DNA of 64,000 bases, taken from NCBI GenBank assembly GCA_963786955.1, contig CAWBAT010000005.1, positions 224,001 through 288,000 of the forward strand. The letters are read 5' to 3'. The stretch comes from an uncultured Acidimicrobiia bacterium (GTDB taxonomy: Bacteria > Acidobacteriota > Terriglobia > Versatilivoradales > Versatilivoraceae). This document shows positions 41,115-50,238 of the stretch, in pieces; the first letter of the stretch is position 1; every line of letters starts with the position of its first letter. The notes under the pieces were generated by a model, which saw only the letters and a list, made by a program, of their open reading frames with translations, had not been told where the DNA came from and ran no database searches. The position numbers were made by a program, and so were the translations under genes.

Positions 41115-41417
41115 TAGGTCTTTGACCCTAGCCCTCTGCTCTTAGACCTCGCAGCTTTTTTCTTTGCGTTCTTTGCGCTTTTTTACGGCAATATTTGTTT
41201 GGCTTTTCCCTTAGACTTTGGACATTCATACAGGGGTTGCCGGGGGATGTCCCAATCAGCATCAATTCGCGTTTATTTGCGCCCATTTGCGGCTATCTTG
41301 GCTTTCCCTGTGTTCCCCGTGGTTTATTGTTGTTTATCTTTGCGCCCTTTGCGTTCTTTGCGGTGAAATACGCGGTTAGAAAAGCCCGCGTCTCGCAAAA
41401 AATGCTCAACGTGGCTC
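41115..41417. repeat. Modular repeat array A7 (opposite orientation)
   Basis: Reverse complement of the A1-A6 modules; ~41270-41417 is an inverted near-copy of ~30811-30960. Confidence 0.88.
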
Positions 41418-41487
41418 CCAGCTTGTGGCATAGTCGCCCATCCAGATAGATTCGAAATTAGAAAGGGAATTTCTTCTGATTTCACGA

Positions 41488-41736
41488 GTGCCTATCATGC
41501 CGGCTCACACTTGGCACGAAAAATTCAAATTTTTCTCGCTGCTCGTATGGTGGTATCTTTGTTTAGGAGCCGGTTTCCTGTTGATGGGGTTTTATCGGCT
41601 TATTCATGGTGAGAGGTTTTGGCTGGTCTTGTTGCGGTGGATGCTTGCCGCCGGATTCTTGGCTCTCGCCTATTTCGAAAACCGGTCAAAATCAGGAAGG
41701 AATAAGAACGATAGTCCTGGTGACAACCTTTCTTAA
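41488..41736 (+). CDS. Small membrane protein of unknown function
   Basis: Two hydrophobic segments and a charged tail. Confidence 0.55.
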   Translation: MPIMPAHTWHEKFKFFSLLVWWYLCLGAGFLLMGFYRLIHGERFWLVLLRWMLAAGFLALAYFENRSKSGRNKNDSPGDNLS

Positions 41737-42040
41737 GGTCTCGTTCCAAATCAGACGAAAGTGAAGACAATTTGTGGAAGAAGTCATCTCAAGCCACTAA
41801 GAAAATCTCAATAGATCCGTGCCTGGCTGCGGAAAATCCCCAGCCGATGGGCGATATCACACGTTTCCTAAAGACCAAGAAGAAGTTAATGCTTTGGAAA
41901 TAAGCCATTTCAATTGATCTCGATCTCTGACCCAGTTGGAACATCAGATGCATTCCTTACGAAAGATAGAGCCACCGGTTAAAGCATGCTCTATTTTCAG
42001 GTCATCTCGTTCCTGCGTCAAAGCTTATAGGAGAACCTCC

Positions 42041-42457
42041 ATGAATCAATTCCCCCTGGTCCTGGTTTTGTTTGTGTTGTGGTCAGGGCCTAAGGAATTT
42101 AGTGCGGAGACGGAACCCCAAGGCTCAGACGCCGGAAAGAGCGCTGCGGCCGCTTCTAAGAACCCTGAGGAACAAAAGAAGATTGGCAAGGAAGCGGCCA
42201 TCCAGCCGCAAGGGAAGAAAAAGAAGGTTGCCAAAAAAGATGAAGATTGCGGCTGTGAGACGACGTTATTTGGTGAACCTGTACCACAGCCGGTTCGGAA
42301 GCCGGCTCAAGGGAAATCAAACACTAATGCAGGAAAGCAAACCGCAAAGCCCAAAGTAAAGAATGTTGATACCAGTAAGACAGCCACAAAGTCCGACCTG
42401 AAGGAGGGGACTCTCCAGAATTCTGAAAAGCAGCCGGCTCGACCCAGTGATCAGTGA
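42041..42457 (+). CDS. Hypothetical secreted, Lys-rich low-complexity protein
   Basis: AGGAG RBS before ATG 42041, a hydrophobic N-terminus and a DCGCE motif. Confidence 0.5.
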   Translation: MNQFPLVLVLFVLWSGPKEFSAETEPQGSDAGKSAAAASKNPEEQKKIGKEAAIQPQGKKKKVAKKDEDCGCETTLFGEPVPQPVRKPAQGKSNTNAGKQTAKPKVKNVDTSKTATKSDLKEGTLQNSEKQPARPSDQ

Positions 42458-42565
42458 TTGGTTCCTTGAAACTACGGCATGAGATACCTCCAATGTGTCA
42501 AAGCCAAAGGACGATCACACTAATTGCCCTCTCCCTGCCATGATCTATTTTGAAGGGGAAATGCC

Positions 42566-42985
42566 ATGAATCTCGCCACGGTTTCAGGAGTAAATAAAAG
42601 CATACAATATGGCCATCGACGGGCTTTAACAATTCCGTTCGAGAAGGCTCTACAAGACACGAAAGAAGCGCTATTAAAGGAAGGTTTTGGCGTTCTTAGT
42701 GAGATTAACGTCCGCGAAAAATTTCGAGAAAAGCTGGGAGTGGACTTTCACAATTACGTGATTTTGGGAGTTTGCAATCCTCTATTGGCTTTCGAGACCC
42801 TGCAGCTGGAAATTGACATTGGGTTATTTCTTCCGTGTAATGTGATTGTGTATGAAGAACAGGGTCATACCGTGGTAGCCGTCATCGATGCCGAAAAAAT
42901 GCTAGCCCTGGCGGGCAATCCCAAGCTTGAGTTGGCAGCTTCCGTAGTCAACGAACGGCTGCAGAGAGTGCTCGAATCGGTTTAA
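42566..42985 (+). CDS. DUF302-family protein
   Basis: EGFGVLSEIN, ILGVCNP and IGLFLPCNVIVYE motifs. Confidence 0.9.
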   Translation: MNLATVSGVNKSIQYGHRRALTIPFEKALQDTKEALLKEGFGVLSEINVREKFREKLGVDFHNYVILGVCNPLLAFETLQLEIDIGLFLPCNVIVYEEQGHTVVAVIDAEKMLALAGNPKLELAASVVNERLQRVLESV

Positions 42986-43145
42986 GATTACCGCTGAATT
43001 TCTGCGAGACCATATTCTATGAAAGGCCAGGAGGCCTGTCACTACCATACCGGCGTCGTTCGCCGTGCGGCGGACGAAACCCAATGCTCAACAATCCTGG
43101 AAGGCTGTCGTCCGAGGTTATAGCCGGCCTCGCTGAGGCTTGTCC

Positions 43146-44468
43146 CTATCCGGGGCCAGCGGCCCCGGCTACAACTCCCTTTGATTCGAGCAGACCTACG
43201 CGCGCCAGATCGCGCTTGATGTAACGGACGTACCCGTAGACAAGAATCAATGCCGCCAGAAGAATAATCCCCGAGACCCCTGCAAAAACTCCCTTCAGTC
43301 CCATATATTTCTTCAAAAACCCAGCCAGCACGACCCCTGCACCAGCCGCAAGGCTATTGACCATATTCATGAATCCAAAGCAGGTCGACCAGGTATTCCG
43401 TTTCAAGACTTCGCAAATAATTGGGCTGGAATTGGCTTGTCCCATTGAACGAAAGAAATTAAAGGCAAAGATCGAAACGGCAATCAAGACGTAGTGCCCC
43501 GTAATAAGGAAGAGAAGCGGAAATGGAACTGAAAAAAAGATCAAGACCGTTTCCAGGGAGAGCCGCTGGTGGAGCCCGTATTTCACAATCCAGTCAGAGA
43601 GGTAGCCACCCAGCATGATGCCTAGAATGACCCCCGACGTCATATAAACCGTAGCTGAAAAGCCAGAGGCCGCTAACCCTAAGCTGAAGGATTCCTGGAA
43701 ATAAAGCGGCAGCCAGTTCAGGAAGATCCAGGCCCCAAAATTCAGCACGATCCCGTCAATCGCCAAAATCCAAAATGTTGGGACTCGCATGATCTCGGCG
43801 AGAGTCCCCCACAAAGGTGCAGGGGTTTCGACAATCGCTGGAGCTTCTTCTGGCGCCTCCGCTTTTTTGATGAGATAGATATAACCCAATGCCAGGAAGA
43901 CGAGGCCTGATCCTCCCAGCAACCGAATGGCTAACCGCCACCCATAATGCTCACCGATATAACCGGAAAACGTGCCCCCACAAACCAGCCCTAAATTAAT
44001 CCCTGCCACAAAGAGGCCCATAGCGGTCCCCCGGGATCGAGCACCATGATACTCCCCCAAGAGTGCAATGGCATTGGGAACGAAGATGCATGTACTGGCT
44101 CCCAGTGCAACGCGCAAAGCCAGAAGTTGATTGGCACTGGTCGCAAAGCTCGACAGGAAAGTAATCAAGGTCCAACAGAGGATGCTGAAAAGCACAAGAG
44201 CGTGCCGGGAAACACGATCCCCCAAATAACCGGCAAACGGAGAAGCCAGGGCAAAGCTCCAGAGATAAAAGGCGCTGATAGCCCCTAATCCCAGCTCGCT
44301 AAAACCAAGATCTCCCCGCAAGAGTGGAAAGAGAGTCGCATAGGCAGTCGGGTCGGAATAAAAAAGCGTAGCGACTAAGAACAGGAATATCGCGAGAATC
44401 CATCGATAGGGAATGATCGGTGAAGCGCTGGGAGATCTGCTTGTTTGATTTAATTCGTGTGAGTTCAT
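43146..44468 (-). CDS. MFS transporter
   Basis: About 12 TM segments and motif A (GYLGDRVSR). Confidence 0.92.
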   Translation of the reverse strand: MNSHELNQTSRSPSASPIIPYRWILAIFLFLVATLFYSDPTAYATLFPLLRGDLGFSELGLGAISAFYLWSFALASPFAGYLGDRVSRHALVLFSILCWTLITFLSSFATSANQLLALRVALGASTCIFVPNAIALLGEYHGARSRGTAMGLFVAGINLGLVCGGTFSGYIGEHYGWRLAIRLLGGSGLVFLALGYIYLIKKAEAPEEAPAIVETPAPLWGTLAEIMRVPTFWILAIDGIVLNFGAWIFLNWLPLYFQESFSLGLAASGFSATVYMTSGVILGIMLGGYLSDWIVKYGLHQRLSLETVLIFFSVPFPLLFLITGHYVLIAVSIFAFNFFRSMGQANSSPIICEVLKRNTWSTCFGFMNMVNSLAAGAGVVLAGFLKKYMGLKGVFAGVSGIILLAALILVYGYVRYIKRDLARVGLLESKGVVAGAAGPG

Positions 44469-44814
44469 GAGCTCCTTTCCGGCAGAGGGGCCACTCGAGG
44501 CGGGCCCGCCTGTGGGTGGAGTAGCCCCTTGAGAGCGATTTCCCCCACTTACGGAATCCGTTATGGCGATGCTGCAACTCTGAAATGATCAGTTCAGATT
44601 GAGGCAACAAAAAGACTTAAGGTTTTTGGACCCAAGATAAGCGCCGTTCGCCTTGAGAAGATACAGCTTGAGAAATTGCACATTGGTGGCCATGTTCCTG
44701 GAGTAGGGACAGGCGTCCCTGCGTATTTATGTAATCACGAAAAGCTGTTCTAAGTAATCAGTTTGCAATTTTTCTTTGCTCATTAATTTGCGTTGAAGAA
44801 CATGCCCCAGGTTT

Positions 44815-45140
44815 TCTTCAGCCTGAAAGAGCTGAAACACCGCAGCCGGGGGCAACGCCCCCCGGTTTCAGACCCAAAGTGTCCATTGCCCTGTAAGGGC
44901 AACACAAAGTGCCCTTCAACACCAGATGGTGCATTCGTCATAGCTAAGCTTGTATTTCCTGAGATTTCCCGGCACCTCCTCTATATAAAGAAAATCCTGG
45001 TGATGCTCTTCTTGGTTGAGGAGCTGTTGACGATCTGCCTACCAGGTTGTGTTGCCCTTACAGGGCAACGGGTATTTGGGGGACATTACCGAGGGCGTTG
45101 CCCTCGGCTACGTTGTCGGAGGCCTTTCAGGCCGATGGGG
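44815..45140. mobile_element. Non-autonomous IS200-like (Y1) element with a TnpA C-terminal relic
   Basis: Palindromic ends (CAGCCTGAAAGAGCTG, GCCCTGTAAGGGC, GCCCTTACAGGGC, GGCCTTTCAGGCC). Minus strand 44916-45035 translates to RQQLLNQEEHHQDF...EE...LRKYKLSYDECTIWC*. Confidence 0.7.
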
Positions 45141-45769
45141 GGCAGGCGAGGACGCCTGCGCTCCCGTCGAGCTCCTGCGAGACTTAATGGGATCAAGGGG
45201 TGGAACGCGAGCTCTGCGCCCGTTCGAGCGTGCGCGGGAGCGCCCGCTCCACCTGAGGGCGGAGTCCGCCGTGCGGCGGATTCCGCCCTCCAAGGCAATT
45301 CTTTGGGGGACTCAACTCCGGAAGAATTCTCTACAATGTGGGCGTTTCATGGAGCATTGAACCTTAGATTGGAAGATTGGATTCGTGAATTACTTCACTT
45401 TTTCGTAACGATCTTCAGGATTTCGTATAAATCAGCCTTCGCAAAGAGGGAATTTGTTTCAGCAAACCAGTCGCTAGCAAGTTTTATTCTCATTTATTTT
45501 CATGTAGATAAGCATGACCCGATTAATCCTTGTACAGCAAAGGACACAAAATTGCTTTAATATTACAGTAGTGTGACAACTTAGCTGCCCATAGGCCTGG
45601 GTTTATTTCAAATTCAGTTAGTGGTACCTGTCAATTAATCAATTATTCCCTATCCTTCAGAACCTCCGCTTATTTAATGCTTTTTCAGCGTGACCATCTT
45701 TGAAAATTATTTTTTCTGTCAGTTATAAAACGTAGAAATAAACTACAAGTTAATAAGGAGGAAATACCG

Positions 45770-48700
45770 ATGAATCGAACTCGATTAATCATAGGGTTTC
45801 TACTAGTCCTGGCTTTAGGGTTTACGGGCCTGTTGTTTGGCCAAAGCGACCGCGGTACCATTTCTGGAGTCGTATCGGACTCCAGCGGTGCGGTTGTACC
45901 TGACGCGACCGTGACAGTCATGAACGTAAAGACTGATTCCAAGACAGTTGCCAAAACCGGCACAGGAGGTAGTTACACGGTTCCTCAGTTGCCGGCGGGA
46001 ACCTACAAGATCTCAGTTGAAAAGCAGGGATTTAAGCTGGCAGTGCGAGAGAACTTCCCACTTCTGGTCGGTCAAACCACGCGTGCAGACATCACACTCG
46101 AAGTCGGCCAGGTTTCCCAGACGGTTGAAGTCGAAGCCGCAGCGCCACAGCTCAAGCCGGAGACTTCCGAATTGAGCACATCGGTCGGCCAAAAACAGAT
46201 TCAGGACTTGCCGTTGCCCATGTCTGGAGAGGCTCGCAGTCCCATTAATTTCATCGCTTTGGTCCCCGGTGTGACAGGAGCTCAAAGTGGTGGGGGATAT
46301 GGCAACAATACTACGGGTAGGACTTTTGCCACCAGCGTGAATGGTGGACAGACCTTTGCTTTTGAGATTCAGGTGGATGGAGCGACGGTCCAGAACACGA
46401 ATGTTTCTGGGGACTTCCGAAACATCGCCTTCCCTCAGGACGCCGTCCAGGAATTCAAAGTGGAAACAGGGAACTTCGCAGCCGAATACGGACGCACGGG
46501 AGGCGGCATCGTTAGCTTTACAACCCGTTCTGGGACGAACGATTATCATGGTTCGGTATACGATTACTTCCGCAACAACGTCCTCGATGCGCGCGGATTT
46601 TATGCTGCCACTAGGCCCAAGCTCAATCAAAACGAATTCGGCGGGAATATTGGCGGTCCGGTTATTATCCCCAAACTTTACAACGGCAAGAACAAAACCT
46701 TTTTCTTCTTCTATTATGACGGTTTCCGATACCGATCGGGAGCAGCTAACTTTCTGGTGACCGTTCCGACCCAACTGCAAAGGGGCGGAGATTTTAGTGA
46801 TCTCAGGTCTTCTAACGGAACATTGATCCCCATTTATGACCCGACGACAACTCGAACAGTCAACGGGCAACTTGTTCGTGACCAGTTCCCCGGAAACGTC
46901 ATCCCCGCGAATCGAATCAGTTCAGTTGCCAAGAACATCATAGGCTATGTTCCAACTCCTAATTACAATGGAACCAGTCCCTTTGACAATTACGCCTCAA
47001 CCCAGGGCGGTACGAATGATACCAACATGTGGGGTTTCAAGATTGACCAAATGATTGGCACAAAGCATCGTTTGAGTGGCTACTGGGGCCAGAACAAGTT
47101 CACCGGGATTGACGCTGCCGGGGCAGGCGCGCTTTCGGGGCCCGTCAGTACGGCTGGTGTCACCGAACACCCCCAAAAAATCTTACGGCTCAACTGGGAC
47201 TATTTCATTCGTCCCAACCTGATCAACCATGGTACCTTTGGCTTCAATCGGAGCACACAGGCTGGTGTCCCGCTCGTTTATGATAAAGATTACAACCCAA
47301 TTTTGGGCATCACGGGGACTGAGGTTGCCAACGGCTTCCCACGCATCAACTTCTCAGAAATTTATACCCCTTATGGAAGTGGAGGAGGAGAGAACACCAA
47401 CATCGAGAATGGTTTCGTTGGGGCAGACAATGTGACCTGGATCAAGGGGAACCACTCGTTTAAATTCGGCGGGGAGATGCGCAAGAATCAAGAAAACATC
47501 ATATTTAATGGTTCGGCGCTCGGAAATTTTGGGTACAGCACCCTTGAGACAGGCCAGCCCAACGTGACGGGCACGGGAAGCCCCTTAGCCAGCTTCATGC
47601 TGGGACTGGTCAACAACGGCAACATGTTAGTTAACAACACCGTTTTCGGGTGGCGCTACGAATATTATAGCTTGTTCTTCCAGGACACCTACAAGATGAC
47701 TCCCAAGCTGACCCTGAATTATGGTTTGCGCTGGGAGGTTCCTGTCCCCAAAGGCGAGGCGTATGATCGCATGTCAAACTTCGATCCCAATATCGCGAAC
47801 CCCGCCGCAGGCGGCATCCCCGGGGCCCTGGATTTCACCGGGACCGGCACGGGGCAGAACGGACAAGCAAGGTTTTATCCGGCTGCCAAAAACGAGTTCG
47901 GTCCACGCGTAGGAATTGCCTACCAGCTCAAACCCACTACAGTGGTCCGTGCCGCCTACGGCATCTATTATGTGGGCGCCGGCTCGGTACTCGATAACGG
48001 AGAGCGTACCAGCTCCGGGATCGGCTACTACGCATATGTCAATCGGAACAGCCTCAATAATGGAATCACGCCCGCCTTCCAAATCGATAACGGCTTTCCG
48101 CAGAACTTCATCCGCCCACCATCGCTCGATCCTTCCTTCCAGAACAACTCTACTGCTACTTGGATGGAGCCTGGAAGTCAGAATCAGCCCTACGTTCAGA
48201 ATTGGAACTTGAACGTCCAGCACCAGTTCGGTAAAAACCTGCTCTTGGATGTGGCCTACGTGGGCAACCATGGCACACACATGCCCAGCAATGTGACCGT
48301 TCCCGACCAAGTCAACCCCTCCTGGCTTTACTTGGGCAGTGAACTGAGCGCAAACATCAGTTGCCTCAGCGATGGGAAATGTCCGAATGCCGCTGCGGCC
48401 GGCGTCAAGAGTCCCTACCCTGGGTTCAATAGCAGTATCGCCCAGGCGCTGCGACCTTACCCGCAGTATGCAGGTGTTAACAATGTGTATGAACTGGCTG
48501 GCTTCTCCACTTACAACGCGTTACAAGTGAAGTTGGAAAAACGTTTCGCTAATGATTTCAACTTCCTGGTGTCCTACACCGCAGCCAAGACGATGGACTT
48601 GGCTGGATCGCAATTTGCAGCTTACTTCTCGGCGGGCGCCCAGGACTCCTTCAACCGGTTAGCGGAAAAGAGTGTCAGTGAAAACGACATTCCACAGAGC

Positions 48701-49246
48701 CTGGTATTTAGCTACAACTACGAACTGCCTTTTGGGCCCGGGAAGAAATTTGCTACCAAGGGCGGAGTTGCCGGCAAGTTTACCGGCGGGTGGAGTTTTA
48801 GTGGCATTCAAACCTATCAGAGCGGGTATCCACTCTGGTTGAGGGTGAATAACACCCTGCCGATATTTAACGCGAGGCTCCGTCCCAACGCCAATGGATC
48901 GGTAAACAAGGTGAATTCGACCTCGAATTTCGATCCGAACAGGGACCAATATCTCAATCCCGCAGCCTTCTCGGGTCCGGCTCCTTTTGCCTTCGGGAAT
49001 GCTGCTCGTACCTACACTGACATGCGGGGCTTTGCTTACTATAACGAGGACTTCAGCATTATCAAGCGGACTCCCTTCAGTGAGGCAGGGTATGTTGAAT
49101 TTCGAATGGATATGTTTAACGCTTTCAACCGCGTTTGGTTTGGCAGCAACGTGACAAGCAACTGGAGTTCCGGTAATTATGGAAAGGTCAGCGGACAGGC
49201 CAACGGTCCGCGACTCATCCAATTTGCTTTAAGGGTTAGTTTCTGA
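45770..49246 (+). CDS. TonB-dependent receptor with N-terminal carboxypeptidase-regulatory-like domain
   Basis: Signal peptide, GTISGVVSDSSGAVVP, DAVQEFKV, LTLNYGLRWE and C-terminal PRLIQFALRVSF; strong AAGGAGG RBS. Confidence 0.95.
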   Translation: MNRTRLIIGFLLVLALGFTGLLFGQSDRGTISGVVSDSSGAVVPDATVTVMNVKTDSKTVAKTGTGGSYTVPQLPAGTYKISVEKQGFKLAVRENFPLLVGQTTRADITLEVGQVSQTVEVEAAAPQLKPETSELSTSVGQKQIQDLPLPMSGEARSPINFIALVPGVTGAQSGGGYGNNTTGRTFATSVNGGQTFAFEIQVDGATVQNTNVSGDFRNIAFPQDAVQEFKVETGNFAAEYGRTGGGIVSFTTRSGTNDYHGSVYDYFRNNVLDARGFYAATRPKLNQNEFGGNIGGPVIIPKLYNGKNKTFFFFYYDGFRYRSGAANFLVTVPTQLQRGGDFSDLRSSNGTLIPIYDPTTTRTVNGQLVRDQFPGNVIPANRISSVAKNIIGYVPTPNYNGTSPFDNYASTQGGTNDTNMWGFKIDQMIGTKHRLSGYWGQNKFTGIDAAGAGALSGPVSTAGVTEHPQKILRLNWDYFIRPNLINHGTFGFNRSTQAGVPLVYDKDYNPILGITGTEVANGFPRINFSEIYTPYGSGGGENTNIENGFVGADNVTWIKGNHSFKFGGEMRKNQENIIFNGSALGNFGYSTLETGQPNVTGTGSPLASFMLGLVNNGNMLVNNTVFGWRYEYYSLFFQDTYKMTPKLTLNYGLRWEVPVPKGEAYDRMSNFDPNIANPAAGGIPGALDFTGTGTGQNGQARFYPAAKNEFGPRVGIAYQLKPTTVVRAAYGIYYVGAGSVLDNGERTSSGIGYYAYVNRNSLNNGITPAFQIDNGFPQNFIRPPSLDPSFQNNSTATWMEPGSQNQPYVQNWNLNVQHQFGKNLLLDVAYVGNHGTHMPSNVTVPDQVNPSWLYLGSELSANISCLSDGKCPNAAAAGVKSPYPGFNSSIAQALRPYPQYAGVNNVYELAGFSTYNALQVKLEKRFANDFNFLVSYTAAKTMDLAGSQFAAYFSAGAQDSFNRLAEKSVSENDIPQSLVFSYNYELPFGPGKKFATKGGVAGKFTGGWSFSGIQTYQSGYPLWLRVNNTLPIFNARLRPNANGSVNKVNSTSNFDPNRDQYLNPAAFSGPAPFAFGNAARTYTDMRGFAYYNEDFSIIKRTPFSEAGYVEFRMDMFNAFNRVWFGSNVTSNWSSGNYGKVSGQANGPRLIQFALRVSF

Positions 49247-49258
49247 CCTTCCTTACCT

Positions 49259-49310
49259 CCAGCCTTCTCCTCTGTGTTCGTACGGAGGAGAAGGTTGGCA
49301 GGTTTTTCCC
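49259..49310 (+). terminator. Probable intrinsic terminator
   Basis: Stem CCAGCCTTCTCCTC / GAGGAGAAGGTTGG followed by CAGGTTTTT, just after the receptor stop codon. Confidence 0.55.
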
Positions 49311-49372
49311 CAGCAACTATAAACGCTTTTAAAAATGTCATAAATCCGGCGTGAGCCCCCCAAGCCTCCCCT

Positions 49373-49586
49373 GAAGTTGTGAAAGAATTGGGTTCGGTGT
49401 CGCGCTGCGAGTGTCCCCCTTGGTTAAGGGGGACTCCAGGGGGTATGGTAGGGCGGTCTCGCTGAGACCGCCGAATCCAGTTTGGGCATGGCGGCGCGCA
49501 CGGCTGCGCGCCCTACCAGAACGACCACCCCCTTGCCCCCTCCTTAACTAAGGAGGGGAACCAAAATTGAATTCCTTCACACCTTC
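49373..49586. mobile_element. MITE (same family as 6331-6482) carrying a nested GTAG REP doublet
   Basis: TIRs GAAGTTGTGAAAGAATT / AATTCCTTCACACCTTC, a flanking CCT duplication and an internal GTAGGGCGGTCTC...GCGCCCTAC. Confidence 0.8.
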
Positions 49587-49884
49587 CCTTGTCAAAGGGG
49601 GGGCTACTGGCAAACAACATTTAATGGGTCTGCACTACTAACCAATTGCCCCCTGCTCTCCCACCACTCTTCGCCGCTGCTAGTCACTTCAAATGCGTAA
49701 GTAAATTCCACTAAACCTGAAGTACAATATGCTGGTGAGGAGATGGCGCGATTATTTTTGAAATATTCCAGAAGCGTTGCGATAACGGCGAGACTCTCTG
49801 AGGGCAGGTGGGTAATATCGACGACTTGTTGGGAACATTCGCTGTTCAGTCCCCTGTCAATCGGCATTTAATCGTCTAGGCTTG

Positions 49885-50021
49885 AATTAAGACGGCTATT
49901 CGTGATTAAGGTGACGTATCTTTAAGATAGGCGCCGCGTGGGGTCACGCGGCCTACAAAGGTGTAGGCCGGGCCACCGACCCGGCGTTAACGTCACCATA
50001 TTTATAAAACCCAGTACTTAG
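49885..50021. repeat. Palindromic element with a REP pair
   Basis: GGTGACGT...ACGTCACC brackets CCGCGTGGGTCACGCGGCCTACA and TGTAGGCCGGGCCACCGACCCGGC. Confidence 0.55.
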
Positions 50022-50238
50022 CTTCATATTAAGTGGAACGCTACGGCGAGCGTTCCCTACACTGTAATCAAGATTATTGAATAATCGGGATAGAATTACT
50101 TTAGATTGATGAGATCATTTATGGGTTTAGGCTCGTCCTCTCTTGAGTATGCAGGTAATAATACAACTACAAAAAGTCCGGGCTGTAGAAATTCATTATT
50201 AGCTTTGATTTATAGGGTAGAGGCCTTTCTTCTTAAAT

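Noticed and set aside
44793-45560. 255-aa plus-strand ORF
   Set aside because: Runs through palindromic repeats and antisense to the TnpA relic; no protein-like features.
46013-46870. 285-aa minus-strand ORF and other long ORFs opposite confident genes
   Set aside because: Fully antisense to well-supported CDSs; explained by codon bias.
49604-49867. 87-aa minus-strand ORF
   Set aside because: No RBS or motif recognised and it lies between repeat elements; cannot be supported, though not excluded.
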